This document shows, piece after piece, positions 12,901 through 25,104 of a stretch of 64,000 nucleotides of DNA. Origin of the DNA: Kondoa subrosea. Lineage: Eukaryota. The notes under the pieces were generated by a model that was not told the DNA's origin, did no database searches, and was given only the letters and a program-made list of their open reading frames with translations. The position numbers and the translations under genes were made by a program. Numbering within the stretch: the first letter of the stretch is position 1; each line of letters starts with the position of its first letter. The stretch lies in assembly GCA_039545335.1 (NCBI GenBank), contig BCIN01000004.1, positions 300,925-364,924 of the forward strand, in the 5' to 3' direction.

Positions 12901-14217
12901 TTAGGCGGTGGTGAAAGCAGACATGAAGTACGGGTTATCAGGACCAGAGGGTTTTCTTGTATGAGTGGTTGTAGTAGTAGAAGAAGGAGAAAGGGAATCG
13001 TCTTCGTAAATCCATTCAAAAGGAGTATTGAGAGCAGGTGGAGTGTGGGCCAATTCTTCTTTTGAAGGACTTGGTAAAACATTGCCGGGTAAAAGAGAAT
13101 GATACAAAGTATGAGCAGATCTTGCATCCACCAGTGGAGAAGATTGATGCCTTCCTAATTTTGGTCTGATTGCAGAAGGAGATAAAGCTGGTAAGCCTAA
13201 GGGAGATCTTGGTATGTATCGAGAATTTTCAGGAGATCTTGATAAAGGTGATGCAGCGAGTGGTGAACCTTTGCTATCCCTTGATCCACCTCTTCTCATT
13301 AAACATGAAGAAGCGACATTCGAAGTACTGATAACGACGACATTTTAGTATAAACCCTGTAAATGCCTAAAAGCCCTGGGAACTTGCATTCCGAACACAT
13401 CTAGCGCGTCAACCGTCCTCGGTGTGATTGGTCCACCAGAAGAAGAAGGTGACGAAGCCCAGTTAGATGTAGAGATTGTGGGCGCTCGAGCTGAACCAGG
13501 GTTTGAATTTGAGAAGGGCGGACGATCATCGGTTAGGCATGAAGGTGAATCGTCACTGAAGCGAGAGACGAGTCCTGGACGAGGAGTAGTGTTGAAAGTC
13601 AGGCTGGTAGGAGAAGGAGTTGGTAAGCAACCGATCAACGGTGCTCCAACCATCAAAGCTGTGTTTGGTGTGGCTGGACCAGGAGCTTCAAAGCGACGGA
13701 CAGTGGATAGATCCCTACACATTTCAAAATGTCAGCAAAGCAGCAACGCCCAAAGATGCAACGAATCTCACATCTTCAAATGAGAAGGACGTCTTCGCAT
13801 CTTGTTGCTTTTAGGTGAATGTGAAGCAGCAAATATAGCAACAGAATGATCCTCTGTTCGACTATTAGAAGCAGGAAGTGAAGTCCAAGATGGGACGTGT
13901 AAATCCAAGCGCTTCAATGCCAAGGCCGCTTCTTCAGTGATTGGATTCTTAGCAATCTCGACTTCCTCTTCAATGCTTGATTGTGAAGAAACCGAACATG
14001 GGGAATCGTCCCAATGGAAAGAAGCAGGTGAACCAGCACGAGGAGAATTTGGAGGAGGAGTTCTGCAATCTTCAGAGAAGACAGAGTATTCGCTGAATGT
14101 CAAGCTGCCTATATACGGTTATTGATGCAGTTAGTCAATGGACATTCGACGCGTTAAATAGCGATTCAACATACCTGAAGAAGAAATAGAACCACACTGT
14201 CTGTGAGAGTGAGCCAT
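12901..14217 (-). CDS. Ser/Pro-rich, probably disordered protein of unknown function
   Basis: Spliced model MAHSHRQCGSISSSG|SLTFSEYSVFSEDCRTPPP...|...PDNPYFMSAFTTA* with many SP/TP sites. One intron has a GC donor (gcaagt at 13387). Confidence 0.6.
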
Positions 14218-15388
14218 TATTTGGGTAAACAGGAGGTGTGGAATTGACAAGAGAGATTTGGTAGTCCGAATGAGAGAGAGGCGCTCGTGATAGAGTTATG
14301 AGTAGGAGAGACTTCGGTGATTGGAGGGCGGCACTAAGGAAAGGAAAAGTCGTTCCGGCACGTAATATGATTTTTTGACAGTTGGCGATGTGCGGCGCGT
14401 AAACCAGACGCGAGTTGATTTGCAGTTGAAGTGGAACGGTCAAGACAAAGAGCTGAGATAAGCTTGAGAGGATCCGCAGGGGGGAGACAGTCTTGCAAGA
14501 GGTCGCTACGTGTTGGAGAGGCGATGACTGTTGATGAGAGAACAAGACGTGGTTCAAGAAAGGGAAAGCAAGAGTTCAGTCTGTCAAGGCCAGCCTTTGT
14601 TTTGGGTTGTTGCTTGGGTTGGGAAAAGGACCACTAGACAGCTGCATGATATCGCCCTTTCCATTTGCCAAATGACCGAAAGGAGAAGTGCACGGGACGC
14701 GCAAAGCAAAGTCAAAGAGCTGTAATGACGATCTTTGACTGAGCCAGGACTGTGATTAATGCAGATCCGAGCTTGACAAGAAGGACTGGAGCCTCGCATT
14801 TGTTGTCAAGGAAACTTGTGACGGCATGCTTACGTAAGACGAATATCATGACATGGCCTTGGCAAGGAAATCATAGCTTATAAACAGATGCAGAGCATTG
14901 CGACTTATCACCAACACTTGATGTAAGGCTGAGAGGACGTTGAAATGCCACTTCAATTGATGGATATGAGATACGCGGCGAGCGTCCGAATTGCAATGAA
15001 ACACGAAGACACTGCATGCGGGAAGCCAGCATCCCCCATCAGTAACAGCCTCATCAGATTGAATTTAATGCAAAAGAATTAGAGCGCAAGAGTCCGATGA
15101 TAAACCGAGATGCGGAACGAGTACGAAATCACAGACTATCGGTCCTGTAGTCGGACTTTTTGGGAGGAAGAAGTAGCACAAGACAAGTCACCAAGGCTCT
15201 TGGAAGGCGAGGAGAACGAGGAAAGACGCAAATCGCAAGCATAGAGAATCGTGCCAAACGATATCAGATAGTACCACAGAGCAAGTAATGCTTGTGCATA
15301 CCTCGCAGTCTGGAAAGAAGAGAAGCTACTGTGACCGTAGATAAAGATGTTACCGAAGCCAGCATGCAATTCATCAATAACCTTTGCT

Positions 15389-16141
15389 TTATACATATGA
15401 GTTTGCTCCTTCTGTGTCGACTTGATATGACAGGAAGTCTATCAAGGAGATGATAAGACAGTTCTGTGATTAACGAGAGCAAGGACATACCTGAAACTTT
15501 AGGTAGCAGATCTTCTTTGACCAATCTTAATATAAGATGAATTCAGTACAACAGAAGCGTTCGGTCTGCGAAACGCTGACCTGACATCTAGAGGTGTGGC
15601 GCATGAGAAAGACTCGGACTAACATGGTCAAAGACTCACGATCCTCATGCGCAGCGTAATCAGCATAAGCTTTTGGACTTTCGAATTGCGCCCTATAGTA
15701 CATAATGAGCAGAATACATAAGAGATTGGTATGAGCTTACATGAGAGCTAGATGATAGCCTGATATAGGTATTCGCTGTCAATACTACAGCCCGCAAATA
15801 CTCGCAACGACCGACCTTGAGCGCGAGCATCACTGCGGCAAGCGGATCAGCTTCGCATAGGCGTGTAAAGTGGGAAGAGCTCACTTGACAGCAGGACCGA
15901 TAACTCGGTTGGTACCACTGCATGAAGATCATTATCATCACACTTGATCTTCAGCTCCCCATAGCTGAAGGGCTCACGCGATCTTGTTGAGAGTTGCAAC
16001 GGATGAAGTAGCGAACTCTTTCAATTGCTCAGGGCTAGCGAATTCATCCTTGAATTTGAAGAGGACTGTAAAGTAATGAATGAGATTCTGGGGATTGCGC
16101 AACAATCAATGGAACAACTTGCCTGTTTGTAATACGACCAT
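15389..16141 (-). CDS. Stress-responsive A/B barrel (Dabb) protein
   Basis: Nine tiny exons splice to MVVLQTVLFKFKDEFASPEQLKEF...ARAQGYHLALMAQFESPKAYADYAAHEDHVRLVKEDLLPKVSDFLSYQV..., which carries the Dabb signatures VLFKFK and Y..H..H. It is invisible in the ORF track. Confidence 0.85.
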
Positions 16142-16227
16142 TGTTGTACAGTAATAGTAGCAGTAAGAGAGCAAAGAGAGCAGGAATCAAAACGGAAAGT
16201 CATTTTTACTCTTGCACGGGAACAGTC
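16142..16227. promoter_or_regulatory. Putative bidirectional promoter (86 bp) between the Dabb and F-box genes
   Basis: Divergent ATGs at 16141 (-) and 16228 (+). Confidence 0.5.
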
Positions 16228-18279
16228 ATGAGCGATACCAAAGAAGTAGACGATACCACAGCAAGCCTGACAAAGGCCAGCTCGCAATTGGAAAGCGTTC
16301 CAGTGGAATTAGCTCTGCAAATCTTGCGATTTTTGGAACCGCATGATCTTGTCCATTTGGCTGCTACTTCTACTTGTCTAAGGGAAACGGTGCTGTCGGA
16401 CGACGTCTGGAAACATCGATGTACTGCTTTGCTGGAGAAACATGGTTCCACAGATCTAGCGCAGGCATCCATAAAACCTATAGATGAAGAAACGACTGGC
16501 TTCTTCTCCTTGTGGTCTTTGTTTGGACCGTATGAACGATATCTCGGTTAGTCTCGACATTCGATGCACCAAATGATGAGCTGAATGTGGTGGCATGATC
16601 AGGCTACTTTGCCTCTTCTCTACCTTACAATGGACGTCTTATTCGATTCTCCATACATCCCGCACCATTTCAAGCAGAAGCATCTCTTGTAGATCGCTTC
16701 CGAATCCTAGCAAGAGAATTATCCATTAGCAATGTACTAGGCGATCGAGGTCTCGCAACTGACTGGAACATACCTCATGATAGTCCCTGTCCTTTTCATG
16801 ACTTCTCTGTCGATCTGATGGAAGTGAGATATCATTGGAGCACGATTCTAGCCATCACAGCAAAAGAAGGTGCAACAATTCCCTTACAGAACAACGCTTC
16901 TTATATTCCTCTCGATTTATCGTATATCAAGAATCATCAAACCACAGTTGAAGATTTCTCTGGTGGATCAAGATTACAAGACATCTTCGCCAACGGTTCT
17001 GAATCTTGGTCATGGCCAACACTTTCCTTAATCCGAGTCAAAGCATTACAAGGTCCTTTGAATTGGGTAGATGAAAGAACTTTAGAACTTCCAGCCGTTT
17101 CTTGGTCACCTAAATTCGTCGAAGCACCAGCAACAAACGAAGTACCAGTTCATATTCCACAAGTTCCTTTAGCTACTTTTGAAAGACCTGGTCCTAGATT
17201 CATCTATCAACGACCTCCTGCACCAGTACAACAATCTCGTGTACCTCCTCCGGTCAATATTCAGATTATTAGAAGAGATGTACCCAATGCTGCTCCTATA
17301 GTGTATCAGTTCAACGGACAAGCTCGAGCGGGTAGAGCATGGGAAGAAGGGATCAGAGAAGTTTTGAGAGGTAGAGCAGCGGGAAGTCAGAAGAGCGAGA
17401 TTTATTTACCTATTAAAGCGGATATGGGCGAACATAGCCAATCGGTCAAAGAAGGGGACGAAATCTTTCCTGATCATTTGGCTGGTTTATGGTGTGGAAC
17501 TTATGGAAGTCATGGTTGTGAAGGTGCGTTCCTCTGCTATGTGCCTTGAACTTGATGTCGATATACATTTAGTTGGCTATATCAATTGCCGAGAAGTCCC
17601 TACTGCAATTCATCATGCCGATGAAGTAGATATAGAGGAAATCGATGTACCTACTTCTGACACAAGAACGCTGAGACGAGGATCTACGAATGGAAGGAGA
17701 AGAATTATAGAGTATTGCAAAGTTACAGGCGATATCAATGTGCCAAGGTATGCTCAAATCCCAACTTGTTGTCCAAAATCAAATCGATGAATTGATATAG
17801 CGGCCAAATCTCCTGGTCTGCTGTTTTACCTCGATCTGGTTCAGAATCGCCTGGTCCATTGCCAACAGTAGATGGGAAAGCTTTCGATCGCTGGCTCAAA
17901 GCATCACCTGGGTCATTTGCTGCTGCCGAAGCTAGATGGGAGCAAGGTCGAGTGGAAGCGAAAGGCAGATGTGAGTTTACGCTTGTAGTTGACAAAAATT
18001 GATGTACTGATTTACTTTTCTTAGTGGCTTTCCAAGGATTTGTTGAACCTCGACAGTCGGATGCACTTGCCTATTTCTTGAGATCTAAAGGAGAGGGTGG
18101 AAGAGAAGCTATCAATGAGATCCGTTTGGTGAGCATTCTCGCTCTTGTAATGAGTAATTTGCTAACTCCATCCATCAGGTATGGCTCGAGCTCGGTATGT
18201 ATAAACCATTGCTGCTTGCATATATACTGATTTATTTTGTACAGGCAAGATCAGCATCTTTCGGCGGCTCGCTCTTTGA
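16228..18279 (+). CDS. F-box protein with FBXO31-like (DUF3506/cyclin D1-binding type) C-terminal domain
   Basis: F-box LESVPVELALQILRFLEPHDLVHLAATS...DDVWK. C-terminal LAGLWCGTYGSHGCE and KVTGDINVPSGQISW motifs. Confidence 0.82.
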
Positions 18280-18478
18280 TGCGGTATACGACAAGACTGT
18301 CTTATAGTGTGCACTAGCCTCAACGTCCTGTAAATATTACCAGCCCTTCTCTCTACTGAATTACAGACACTGTATGACGCGTTTGCTTTGTTGTTTTGAT
18401 TCGACCAAGTCCTGCCCTCTCGCGCGCATCTAGCCTAGAGACCATCATCTCACACTTGCTTGGACATTGCAGCATATC

Positions 18479-19970
18479 ATGAGCATAGAAGAGCTTCGTT
18501 GCAATTCTTTCAAGACCTGCCGAAAAACACTTGGAGCTACATCTGCTGAAGCTCAAGCTGTAGTAACTACCTGCTCTCACATCTTTTGCTGCGAGTGTGT
18601 CTCTAAGCTCTCCTTGTCGTTTGCTTCGCTCAGTCTTTGCATAGTTGTGCCAATACACACTTTCATCCTGATTCGAGCCTGCGCACTTGTACGTTAGGGG
18701 CTTCCAATGATGACACATTATGCTAATACTTATGTACTACCATAGGTCCTGCTTGTGGTGCCAAATTGCCGACGGACGATGATGTCCTGATGACCTCTTT
18801 GAATCCTTCGAGTGATTACAAGACAACGGCTTTGAGGTGAGTGACCTTTCGCCGAGCTTGATCTCTGCTCACTCTGAACTCAGCGGTCTTCCTCCTGCTG
18901 TGATTCTAGATATAGCTAGTCGAGCACTGTCGTTTTGGGTTGGCTTATACCCCTTCCCAATTGTCTCGACTATGGCTGAAGATCAATCTAGGTCTATCAA
19001 TGCGGTCAAGAGAGTACATATCAGAGGATGCAACTCAAGCGAGCTCAAGATGCGCGCGGCCTCTTTATTGATTAGACAGAATGCCCACTGATGGCTTGGT
19101 ACAGAAAGCTGCGAGTCTTGAAAAGCAATACAACACCTTGGCACGTGACGTAGGCTGACAGTTCCGCTCTCCTGGATGGTCTTCTGACATTCCTAAAGGC
19201 TACGGACGAGATCAATGGTCTGCTCGAAAAGATCAATGGTATGTGATACAAACAATGTCATGCTTTGCTGCTGATCATTTGCCAAGTAACCGAATCCGAA
19301 CTGGATCAAGAAAGGATGCGAAGTAGGGAATTGTTAGAAGATCAGAAAGTCCAGCAAAGGGAATACGCGAAACTCAAGGTGATTTTGACAATATTCGATT
19401 TGGCATCTACTGATGGATGATAGGCTCAACTTGATCGTGTGAAGCAAAACACTTTGATGCCCGGAGCCAGGCAAGCGTCTTACGAGGAGCAAACAGAAGA
19501 GACGTTTGAGCAGCCTCAGCAGCTTTTCAATGTACGTCCGCAGAGTCATCAAAACTGATCTATCTCACATGGAACAAGTCTTCTACACCTCGTCGATCAT
19601 TCCAACCAGATCCAGTACCTCAAGCTCCGCCACATCAAACCTGGGATGCTCCACCAACTGCAACAGCTTTTGGAGCTAGCGGTTCTGCCCCTGTTCCATT
19701 CAGACAGACACCTCGACGCAATGCTCTGCCTGCTAACACTTTACCTGCCCAAAGGAGTAGACCTCAACCTTTGCTTCCTCCTCGTAATGCAGCTGCATCG
19801 AGATTATCTTCTGCTATACCTCAGAACAACTTCGGTGCCAGAAGTGGGAGTTTGAATAGCAAAAGTATGGGATCCCAAATTGGCGCGAGAGGTCAGTCTC
19901 GCTTATTTCATCCATGATCTTTTGGCTTACAGTATGCGAAATAGGGACAGGCTTAAATCGATCGCACTGA
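18479..19970 (+). CDS. HEI10: Meiotic RING E3 ligase HEI10/CCNB1IP1 homolog (3' end approximate)
   Basis: LRCNSFKTCRK...AVVTTCSHIFCCDCA...CPAC, then LNPSSDYKTTALSGLPPAVILDIASRALSFWVYQ, a coiled coil and a Pro-rich tail. Confidence 0.88.
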
Positions 19971-20442
19971 CGATAGTCTTGCGCAAGCGGCTCTTTGTCG
20001 TTCAACGACACGTGTACAATATACATGCTTCTTCTCACCTTGCAATGAACTTCGTCCGTCATCACCCTTGCTCTCTGAAGAGTACCAAGGCTGTTTATGC
20101 GCGAAGGAGCAGGCTGCATTGTCCAGCTAGGGCAATAGTCTCGTCCATATGAACGCAGGCCTCGGTCAGACTTGTCGACATGGAAGAGTCTGTAACAATA
20201 TTTGACATTATTTGCTTATTATCGAATTCTATATACTTCTATGTTTGACAATTACTATTATTATTTACTTAGTTTGAGTACTGCGATCATATAAACATTC
20301 TGTATTCACATTTTCTGCTAAAGTATTGACATGTCTTTTCGATTAGTATTTCTGAATTGAGATTTAAAAGGTTGGTGTGGTGAAGCGAAATGAAGAGACT
20401 TGATCTTCTAGGGTGGTGAATATCCCGCAGGTTCTATCGGAT

Positions 20443-21664
20443 TTACAGTCCTACCAAATAAAATGTCAGGAAAAACTCTTGGCTGATAAGCACTTGACAG
20501 TTAGCTTACCTAGACCAAGACCGAGACCTAGAGAGAGCAACGGTGGTTGAGTAGGCTTGGGAGCAGCTGGACCGCCAGGAGGTTTTGGTGGAGGAGTATC
20601 TTTAGGACCACTAGGAGGTGCTGGAGACGAGCTTGCTGGAGTAGAAGAAGAAGAAGAAGTTGGAGATGATGAAGAAGAAGATGATACTTTGGGGTCATTG
20701 GAAGATGCTGAAGCCGTTGCCGAAAGCGTTGGGACTTCAGGAGAGGAAGATAAACTAGTGGAAGGAATGTAAGAGGACCATTGCGTGTAGGATTGCCAGG
20801 GTTTGGTAACGTAAGTGTACCATATGCTAGTATAGGTTGCGTAGGGTGTAGGTAGAACATATGTCTTCTCAACAGCTATAAAGCACGTCAACGAATCCCA
20901 TCCAAAAAAAAATGAATCAGCATACTGGAAGTGGATCTACAGTCAACTGCGTTAGCGAAATGAAGACTTGAGTTGAAGAGATGAACTGACGTAACAGTTT
21001 GCCTCAAAGTTGACGGTACAGTAATGACTGTCGAAACTTGACGATCGAGAGTTCTCGTTACTGTTGCGGTAGCGGCAATAGTTTGTTGATAGGTGTATGT
21101 TGGGGCTGTTAGTTTCATGCAAGAGCAAGCATCCACAATCTGGGGTCTGTTCATGCCTTGAAAAGCTGATGGAATTCGAGCAGCTCTTTTGCGACGTTGC
21201 TCTTGAGTAAGAGTCTGCACTTCGGTGACGGTAACAGTACTATCACGTAGCAGAAATGAGCATCAGTAAAAGGAGAGTATATAGAAGGGAAGACAAACGA
21301 AGTCGCAGGTTCTGATGTGACAACTTGCTGGAATGCCTTGATATATACTTTGACTGCTTCAAACGTGTAATATGATGTGGAGGTTTGATAAGCTGCGGCG
21401 TTGAGGGTACGTGTGTAGGGAGTCAGAGTTTGGATATTCGTGAGCGTAACTGGTCGGAGATTGAGATAGGTCTTGCAAAGGGCGATCACATCAGCAGGCA
21501 GGTTGCCTGGATCAAGACCGAGTTTTTCTGGAACACCATTGCAGTCTGCGACTCAAAAAGTCAGCAAGCAGACAGGAGAACAGCAGGAAAGACCTACCTT
21601 GAGCAAGAGTTACCGAGCCAAAAAAGTGCAAGAGCACGAGTGCAAAGGTCACAAAGTATCGCAT
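20443..21664 (-). CDS. Secreted Thr/Ser/Pro-rich, probable cell-surface glycoprotein
   Basis: Signal peptide MRYFVTFALVLLHFFGSVTLAQ, Thr-rich segments, a dibasic RRKR site, a DACSC motif, an S/P-rich tail and a C-terminal LGLGLGL. Confidence 0.7.
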
Positions 21665-22357
21665 AGCTGTCGGAAACCAAAGGTGAAAGAGGTAGATAGT
21701 AGGAAGAGCTGAAAAGGAAAACGGAACTCCTCGTAATAAAATTACTGCACGCGTCATGAGCTGCATCAGCGGGTTCCTTGCAAATGATCCGCTCGTAATG
21801 AGTCGGAGACTAAGATCCGCCTCCCGCCCAGACATGGGACTCTTGGAACCTGGGAGGATATTACCAAATGCGTCGATCCGCGCATTATGATCACCTTATA
21901 TGGGTCTAGATAAGCTCAAAGTATGACGGCAGCAGAGCATAAAGTAGCTGACAGACTCCACGGAACAGGAGAGAAGGGGGCCGCAGGAGATGGCACATGA
22001 AAGCCACGAAGAGCCAATTTGGCAGCAAAGCCCACGTTTCGGGGATTTTATTAAGACTGTAGTGGAAGTCGTCTTGTGACCGAGTTCTACTCCGCGAAGA
22101 CATCTAGGTCATTCCAACACAGAATGTAGACTTTGTGAGACGCAAGCTTTCGAAATTCGCAGGAAGCAGAATCCGAGGAGACAAGACTCGACAGGATGGA
22201 GCTGTATCGCGCAGACAAAAAGACTGAGCACGAAGACTCGTGAGATGCAGCGCAGATAGGCGAATATCGCGAACGCTCAAGAAGTCATTGTTTGAGTGCA
22301 ATCAAGCTTAATATTGTTTGTCAGCGATACACCTCCGCGTCCAGGCCGCCCTTCAGC

Positions 22358-24941
22358 ATGAGTGCGATAGAGGCATGTACAGAGCCTCGCGTACTGTCAC
22401 TGCGCTGATTGATAGCTTAGACACCAGAATTGGACGCAGAGGGTCGGTCTCAATATCACGTAGGCGGTTGTAGACAGCTCAATTGTTCCTGCAGCGTATC
22501 AGACTTTAGCGGAGGAAGCGAAGAAAGCGGACGAAGATATCCAGACCATCTATGAGAATGCATCAGCTAAACGTCAAGCAGCAGAACGAGCTGAATTCGA
22601 AGAGGGTTGGTTGCTCTGACGCATCAAGCAGATTCTGTAGAGCTCATTGTGTCGTTTAGATGTCAAGCAAGCGCCAGATCTGGTCAAACTGAACGAGCAG
22701 ATTGAAGTAAGCAGTCGTCTCTCGGTGTAAAAGCTACTGCTGATGCCGCAGGCAGTCGAGTCTCGCTATGTTGGATTCTCTAGAATCATTTCTTTCTACT
22801 TTCCAACAAGATCTCACATCTGTATCTGGGCACATAGAAGACTTACAGAATCGAAGTAAAGCAATAGATGCGAAACTGGAGAATCGCAAGGTAATTCTCG
22901 TTAATTTTCTCGGCCTTTTCGGCGCTGAGATGATGAGCAGAAACTACACGAGCATCTTGGTCCTACATTAAACTCTATCATTCTTCCGCCAGAACTCATT
23001 ACCTTGATTCTGGAAACTGAAGTAAATGAGAAATGGTTACCTGCTGTTGATGAGCTGGACAAGAAACTTGGTGCTATTCGAAGTGGTCCTCGAGTAGAAG
23101 CACGTCAAGATTTGGATAAGATTGCAGAAGCATTGCGAATCGAGGTACAAATAGTTCTTTGACCTTTGCTTGTCGTACTCTAATTACTCGTTTCTAGACA
23201 ACAAGGAAACTTCGGAAGTTCTTCGTTGACAAAATGACACCCTTTCGGACTTCAATCAATGATAACATTCGAGATCTTCAAAGCAACGTGTTTCTCAAAT
23301 ATCGTGCCTTCTTCACTTTTTTGCAACGACATTCAGCTAGACAAGCTCATGAAATACAGAAATACTATATCAGTACTGCGACTTGGTATTACGAGACTGG
23401 ATTCAGACGCTATACTCGTGCTCTAGATAGGATTCGGGCAAGTCTTCTCTTCTCTAAAGAGGGCGAAGCAAGACTAAGAGCAAATTGCAGATACGGTGTA
23501 TAGGCAAAGAAGATCCCTCCAAAACTATTGCTACGGGCGAAAGCAGTCTGAGTGAGTTGGCTCTCGAGGTTCTGAGCAGTGATCTGACACTCAGTTTAGG
23601 GCTGCTAAACAGGCGGAATTCTTCGAACATTGCTGTTCAGCAATCAAACTTCCGAGATGCTTCAAGTGGACCCTTATATGCAGATATTGAAGGTCCGCCT
23701 GCTATACCGGCACATATGGCAGATGCTAAAGAAGTAGTAAGCTTGATTCATTCCGCTACGGACTATTAATCGACACTATTGTTGCTGTAGTACGCTTCGC
23801 CCGAAGCACTCTTTTACTCGCTTCAACTGTTCATGGGCGATAATGCTTGTACTGAATATACCTTTATCTCCAATTTCTTTGGCGCGCCTGCCGATCCTCC
23901 TGTTCCTAAGAAAGAAGCTATCTCAACAACCCCATCAGAATCAGGTCAAGGTTGGGATATGCTTTCTAGATCGGATGGTTTTGCAGGCGATACGACTTTC
24001 GATTCTTCAGCTACGGACTACGATGCGATCGATACTGCGAGCGTCTCTACTAGTTCTGAAGTAGTTGTTCCTGCTGCTAAGAAAAGAGATCCTGGTGAAC
24101 GGATGAAGAAGTCTGCAACGGAAGTCATCTGGAAGTTGATTTATGAACCTGTTTTGGAATACTGTCAGGTTGGCGCATTGAATGAAAGGGTGCTGATGCA
24201 GCTGACACCTATCCCAGAGCTGCTTCAATGCTCTGATAGAAGGGGCCCCAATTCCAGCAGTTTCTGTGCTGACTATGATCCGCCTGAACGACTCCATTCA
24301 TTCAGCAACAATTGAGGGAGGGAAATGCCCTGTTTCATCGTTGGAAACATACCTCGTTGCCCTACGTTTGAAACTCTGGCCACTTTTCCAGAAAGATTTG
24401 GATAATCAGGCTGAAGCGCTAAAGAAATTAACGCTCGCGGCTTCCGGTGGAAGTGGGGTGGCTAGTGTGTTCGGTGCGAAATCAGCAATCAAGGATACAA
24501 CGATACAAGATGTAAATCTTGATCTGTCTCCACAATGAAAGCGTACTGACATCGTTCCTAGGCTATGCTCAAGTACTTGACGCTATTCGAGAATATCGCT
24601 CAGCTGAATAGAGAAGATGACGAAGAGATGGTCTTCTCACGGTAAGCCACTCATTGCATTGAGTACATTCCGCCGATCACAACACTAGCATACTACGAAT
24701 CCGGTCAGAACTTCAAAAATTGATGGCAGCCCAAGCAAGTCGACTATCAGACCAAGCGAAAGGCAACGCATATCTAGGCACTCAATACGAGACTATGCTC
24801 TCTGCTTTCTCGGTAGGCTCTGCCAATGCTTTCACACATTCGCCACTGACTTTTCAACAGGCCAGCGACCATTTAGGCTTCCAGAAGATTCAAGCGGAGA
24901 TCTCACACTGGAGGGAACTAGCTCGGAAGCTTACAGTGTAG
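22358..24941 (+). CDS. VPS52: GARP complex subunit Vps52/Sac2 (start approximate)
   Basis: MLDSLESFLSTFQQDLTSVSGHIEDLQNRS, EALFYSLQLFMGDNACTEYTFISNFF, LTMIRLND, RLKLWPLFQK. Confidence 0.92.
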
Positions 24942-25104
24942 TGCTTTGGACTATGCAGAATAGTCCAACGAGACATATGGATGAAAGCATACATTGCGCC
25001 ATTTTTTAGTTTTATGCTATGAGAAGTGTCATACAAGTTTTGCCCAAATGTTTCCCGTTTAGCAGCCGCTGTAACAGTACATCACAAATCAGCAATTCAA
25101 CATG

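Noticed and set aside
22906..22932. ttctcggcctttt...gagat resembles the 5' end of U2 snRNA
   Set aside because: Only about 13 nt match, inside a roughly 50-nt VPS52 intron, with no branch-pairing GTAGTA or Sm site. Most likely chance.
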